32,000 nucleotides of DNA from Candidatus Saganbacteria bacterium (GTDB taxonomy: Bacteria; Margulisbacteria; WOR-1; JAKLHX01). How positions within the stretch are numbered: the first letter of the stretch is position 1; the number at the start of each line of letters is the position of its first letter. The DNA is taken from assembly GCA_026387835.1 (NCBI GenBank), contig JAPLKZ010000007.1:95284-127283 (forward strand), read 5' to 3'. Under the pieces are notes generated by a model, which worked only from the letters and a program-made list of their open reading frames with translations, did no database searches and was not told the DNA's origin. Of this stretch, positions 29,035 to 32,000 are shown piece after piece. A program made the translations under genes and the position numbers.

Positions 29035-30327
29035 ATGGAAAAACTACTTGACAAGATAAGATCAAAAAAAGCAAATATAGCGATAATCGGCATGGGCTAT
29101 GTGGGGCTTCCGCTCGGCATCGAGATTGCCAAGATCGGGTTCAATGTCTTAGGGATAGACACGAGCAAGCCGAAGACAGAGAACCTGAACAAGGGCAACA
29201 GCCATGTTGAGGACGTAAAGAGCGAGGATATCAGGACTCTCCTCGGGCAGGGCAGGATATCTTTTTATGATAACCCCCAGGTGATCGAGAAAGCGGATGT
29301 GGTCATAATCTGCGTGCCGACCCCGCTCCGCAAGACCGGGGACCCCGACATCTCTTTCATAACCTCCGCGGTCCAGGAGATAAAGGACCATATCCACGAG
29401 AACATGCTTGTGATACTGGAGAGCACGACATTTCCAGGCACTACCGATGAAGTGGTCCGGCCGCAGATTGAAAGCTTCGGCTACAAGATCGGGGAGAACT
29501 TTTTCCTGGCATTCTCTCCGGAAAGAGTGGACCCCGGGAACCCGGCGTATTACACGAAGAACATCCCTAAAGTGATCGGCGGGGTGGAAATCAAATCCGG
29601 GGAAGCCGCGCAGGCCCTCTACGGCCAGGTCTTTGAAAAGACCATGCTGGTAAAGGACGCTAAGACCGCCGAAATGGTCAAGCTGCTCGAGAACACTTTC
29701 AGGAACGTAAATATCGCGTTCATAAACGAGTTCTGCCAGATCTGCCACCAGATGAAGGTGGATGTGTGGGAGATAATCGAAACAGCAAAGACAAAACCTT
29801 TCGGGTTCATGCCTTTCTATCCCGGGCCCGGCATCGGCGGCCACTGCATCACCACTGACCCGACATATCTTACCTGGAAAGCAAAATTCATAGGAGGGGA
29901 TGTCCAGCTCATAAATCTTTCCACGCAGATAAACAGAGAGATGCCGGCTTATGTGGTAACAAGAGTGGAGCAGCTCATCGGCGATCTGAAAGACAAAAAA
30001 ATACTGCTGCTCGGCATGGCATATAAAAAAGATATTTCGGATATCAGGGAATCACCGGCGATCGACGTGTTCAGGCTGTTCAGGCAGTTAGGTTCAATTG
30101 CGGATTACAGCGATCCGTATGTGCCGGAGCTGCATGACGAGGTGACCAGGGAATCATTCACCTCAAAAGAGCTTTCAAAGGAGATGATATCTTCTTATGA
30201 CTGCGTGGTGCTCACGACCGACCATTCAAATTACGACCTCAAGATGATAGAGGACAGCGCGAAGAAGATATTCGATACAAGAAACGCTTTCAGGGGCGTT
30301 GTGTCGGATAAGATATACAGACTGTGA
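29035..30327 (+). CDS. UDP-N-acetyl-D-hexosamine (GlcNAc/ManNAc) 6-dehydrogenase, WbpA/WecC/TviB family
   Basis: NIAIIGMGYVGLPLGIEIAKIGFNVLGID...VPTPLRKTGDPDIS...FLAFSPERVDPGNPAYYTKNIPKVIGG...PGPGIGGHCITTDPTYLTWKAK. Confidence 0.92.
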   Translation: MEKLLDKIRSKKANIAIIGMGYVGLPLGIEIAKIGFNVLGIDTSKPKTENLNKGNSHVEDVKSEDIRTLLGQGRISFYDNPQVIEKADVVIICVPTPLRKTGDPDISFITSAVQEIKDHIHENMLVILESTTFPGTTDEVVRPQIESFGYKIGENFFLAFSPERVDPGNPAYYTKNIPKVIGGVEIKSGEAAQALYGQVFEKTMLVKDAKTAEMVKLLENTFRNVNIAFINEFCQICHQMKVDVWEIIETAKTKPFGFMPFYPGPGIGGHCITTDPTYLTWKAKFIGGDVQLINLSTQINREMPAYVVTRVEQLIGDLKDKKILLLGMAYKKDISDIRESPAIDVFRLFRQLGSIADYSDPYVPELHDEVTRESFTSKELSKEMISSYDCVVLTTDHSNYDLKMIEDSAKKIFDTRNAFRGVVSDKIYRL

Positions 30328-30348
30328 TATTTCACCTAAAGATCCGCT

Positions 30349-30951
30349 TCACTTCCTGTTTATGAACCACAAGAGAGTAGGGTAGTAAAGCTCCGTCCTT
30401 AGGCCGCCTTTCACGCCGGAATGGCTTCCGCCGGTCTTCACAGCTTCAACAGCTTCTCCGGTCGTATAGCCTTTTTCTTCTATTAAGTATTTCGCGATCA
30501 CCATCCCGGTCCTGTCAGCGCCCCACTTGCAGTGGATATAGACGGGGCCTTTCATAAGCTCTTTTATCTTTTTCCACTCTGATGGCGTAGGTACCTTCGC
30601 GATGTGCATGGGCACGTGATACCTTTCGATGCCGGCCTTTTCAAGCAAAGAAGAGTATCTTGCCTGGACGGCCCTGGTATTTTCAAGATCTATAAAATGA
30701 CGAATGCCTTTCGACTTGAGATAATTTAATACCGATAAAACAGTCTCATCGCTTGCTTTAAGGTCTATTTCCGGGTCTAAAGGATGGCCTCCCGTGTGGA
30801 TATGGCCGTCGATGACGTGGTAATTGTAAGGCATCGGGCCGCTGCCGCTGACAAGGTTAGAAGGGTATTTCACGCAGACCGATGTCCCCGCAATGGAAGA
30901 CACCGAAAATATTAAGAGTAAAAAACAAACCGCGGCGGATTTTATTTTCAT
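30349..30951 (-). CDS. Exported dual-specificity/tyrosine-phosphatase-like protein
   Basis: Signal peptide MKIKSAAVCFLLLIFSVSSIAG; Cys-x5-Arg P-loop HCKWGADRTG (codons at about 30534-30505); general-acid region upstream. Confidence 0.85.
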   Translation of the reverse strand: MKIKSAAVCFLLLIFSVSSIAGTSVCVKYPSNLVSGSGPMPYNYHVIDGHIHTGGHPLDPEIDLKASDETVLSVLNYLKSKGIRHFIDLENTRAVQARYSSLLEKAGIERYHVPMHIAKVPTPSEWKKIKELMKGPVYIHCKWGADRTGMVIAKYLIEEKGYTTGEAVEAVKTGGSHSGVKGGLRTELYYPTLLWFINRK

Positions 30952-30973
30952 GGATTAATATTAGCATATTTAA

Positions 30974-31013
30974 CCCTCACCCCTTAACCCCTCTCCCTTG
31001 ACAGGGAGAGGGG
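30974..31013. repeat. Palindromic repeat, copy 3 (single arm)
   Basis: CCCTCACCCC (30974-30983), then CCCCTCTCCC-TTGACA-GGGAGAGGGG (30988-31013): 10-bp stem, 6-nt loop. No right-hand GGGTGAGGG arm is seen. Confidence 0.8.
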
Positions 31014-31023
31014 GGTAAAACAT

Positions 31024-32000
31024 CTAATGTGTTATAATTTTCATAGAAACAGATGCTGTAATGGGCTCATAGCTCAGCTGGCTAGAGCATGCGACTGATA
31101 ATCGCAAGGTCGGTGGTTCAAGTCCACCTGGGCCCATTTTAGTTTCATTGCGAACTCCCGCACATGCGTTTTCTGAAATATTTTTCGGCGAAGGTTTTCT
31201 TCTGCGGCATTTTTTTGGGTGGGGGCAAAAAAATGCCGCAGGAACAGTTTCAGGGGTCTGATTTTCGGCGCAGTTATCAGGATATTTTAATATTACTTCG
31301 ACGTTCTCCTTCGAATAAATTATCTTTTCGATGTGCTGTTTTATAATAATTCGTCTTTCAGTCATATCCCTATTAGCTGTCGATCCGGTTATGGTCTCCA
31401 GTATCTGCCGGACTTTTTCGGAGGTGAACTGCAACGGAAAGGGCCCCGGTTCAAGTCCGCTTGACATGGGTTTAGGCGAATTATTGAGCGTGAAAATCAA
31501 ACTGTCGAGATGTTGATTGTTTTTGGCTATATTATCAAGATAATCTATGACAAGCCTGTCCAGACGATCGACGCTGACCTGTCTGACATCACAAAAAGAC
31601 AGGTCTCTTTTATTGATGCTTGTGCAACGATAATAAAAATATCTGACTCTCCTTGTATATCTCTTTTTATTTGTGAAGACTTCGCTCATAGTAGATCCGC
31701 AGCCTTTACAATGAAGTAATCCCGGAAATAACGCACAGTGAACGACTCTGCCGTATATTCTCTGTTTATGATGTTTCTGCGCTTCTTCAAACATTTCGGG
31801 AGACACGATCGCTTCATGCAGGCCTTGATAGATATTTCCTTTGTGAAGGATCATCCCTTTATAGACGACATTTCTCAGCATGTCACATATTACTGTCTTT
31901 GAAAAAACATTGCCTTTTCTGTTGAACATATTTCCGGATTTCAAAGTATTGTAAACAGAATAAACCGATCCGGTGGAAAGATATGTTTCAAATATCTTCT
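31024..32000 (-). CDS. Large serine recombinase: recombinase domain, zinc ribbon and C-terminal region; the N-terminus is outside the window
   Basis: The frame is open to the window edge (upstream of the TTG at 31944 it reads ...KIFETYLSTGSVYSVYNT-LKSGNMFNRKGNVFSKTVICDMLRNVVYKGMILHKG...). Zinc-ribbon residues HCKGCG...YYRCTSINKRDLSFC, then coiled-coil-like ...RRIIIKQHIEKIIY. The 3' end past about 31137 runs antisense through tRNA-Ile. Confidence 0.85.
   Translation of the reverse strand, partial: KIFETYLSTGSVYSVYNTLKSGNMFNRKGNVFSKTVICDMLRNVVYKGMILHKGNIYQGLHEAIVSPEMFEEAQKHHKQRIYGRVVHCALFPGLLHCKGCGSTMSEVFTNKKRYTRRVRYFYYRCTSINKRDLSFCDVRQVSVDRLDRLVIDYLDNIAKNNQHLDSLIFTLNNSPKPMSSGLEPGPFPLQFTSEKVRQILETITGSTANRDMTERRIIIKQHIEKIIYSKENVEVILKYPDNCAENQTPETVPAAFFCPHPKKCRRRKPSPKNISENACAGVRNETKMGPGGLEPPTLRLSVACSSQLSYEPITASVSMKIITH
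31033..31038 (+). promoter_or_regulatory. Candidate -10 element for tRNA-Ile
   Basis: TATAAT at 31033-31038, 24 bp upstream of the mature tRNA 5' end. No good -35 at 17 bp. Confidence 0.4.
31063..31136 (+). tRNA. tRNA-Ile (anticodon GAT), CCA not encoded
   Basis: Manual cloverleaf: acceptor GGGCTCA/TGGGCCC, D stem GCTC/GAGC, anticodon stem TGCGA/TCGCA with loop CTGATAA (GAT), T stem GGTGG/CCACC with loop TTCAAGT, discriminator A. Confidence 0.96.
31202..31241. repeat. Perfect 16-bp inverted repeat, 8-nt loop
   Basis: CTGCGGCATTTTTTTG (31202-31217) - GGTGGGGG - CAAAAAAATGCCGCAG (31226-31241). Confidence 0.9.

Noticed and set aside
31024-31137. Recombinase C-terminus KMGPGGLEPPTLRLSVACSSQLSYEPITASVSMKIITH as real protein
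   Set aside because: This is the well-known translation of a tRNA gene read antisense; the tRNA folds perfectly and should take priority.
31164-31719. Short plus-strand ORFs (60, 61, 69 aa) opposite the recombinase
   Set aside because: They are short frames over a supported minus-strand CDS, with no domains or RBS.

Overview
This window looks like bacterial chromosome dominated by one surface-polysaccharide locus on the + strand (about 0.2-19.9 kb). It encodes two UDP-sugar dehydrogenases (one of them downstream at 29 kb), a UXS-type decarboxylase, an O-antigen ligase/polymerase-like membrane protein, five glycosyltransferases, Rmd-, Gmd- and Fcl-like GDP-deoxyhexose enzymes, a WbpV-like epimerase/reductase, a WecA/WbpL-type phosphoglycosyltransferase, a CapD/WbpM-type 4,6-dehydratase, a stand-alone 4-TM protein, a WcaJ/WbaP-type phosphoglycosyltransferase, a Wzz/BY-kinase-like protein and a Gfo/Idh/MocA oxidoreductase. 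Next comes a minus-strand secreted protein with Asp-box repeats and a FlgD-like C-terminus, then a housekeeping operon (SpoU-type methyltransferase, pheS, pheT, mutS, UDP-N-acetyl-hexosamine dehydrogenase). After that are a secreted dual-specificity-type phosphatase (minus), tRNA-Ile(GAT), and a large serine recombinase that is cut by the window edge and faces the 3' end of the tRNA. The observations most worth following up are: (1) the BY-kinase-like protein has apparently degenerate Walker A and Walker B motifs and no tyrosine tail; (2) PheT appears to lack the N-terminal tRNA-binding OB domain; (3) three members of a REP/BIME-like palindromic intergenic repeat family; (4) the serine recombinase reading frame runs antisense through an intact tRNA-Ile, with a perfect 16-bp inverted repeat between them; (5) a stand-alone 4-TM module resembles the N-terminus of its neighbours; (6) -10 boxes lie 9-12 bp upstream of start codons that have no visible SD, suggesting leaderless transcripts. 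I found no CRISPR array, and no clearly new multi-gene defence or RNA system can be supported from this window.
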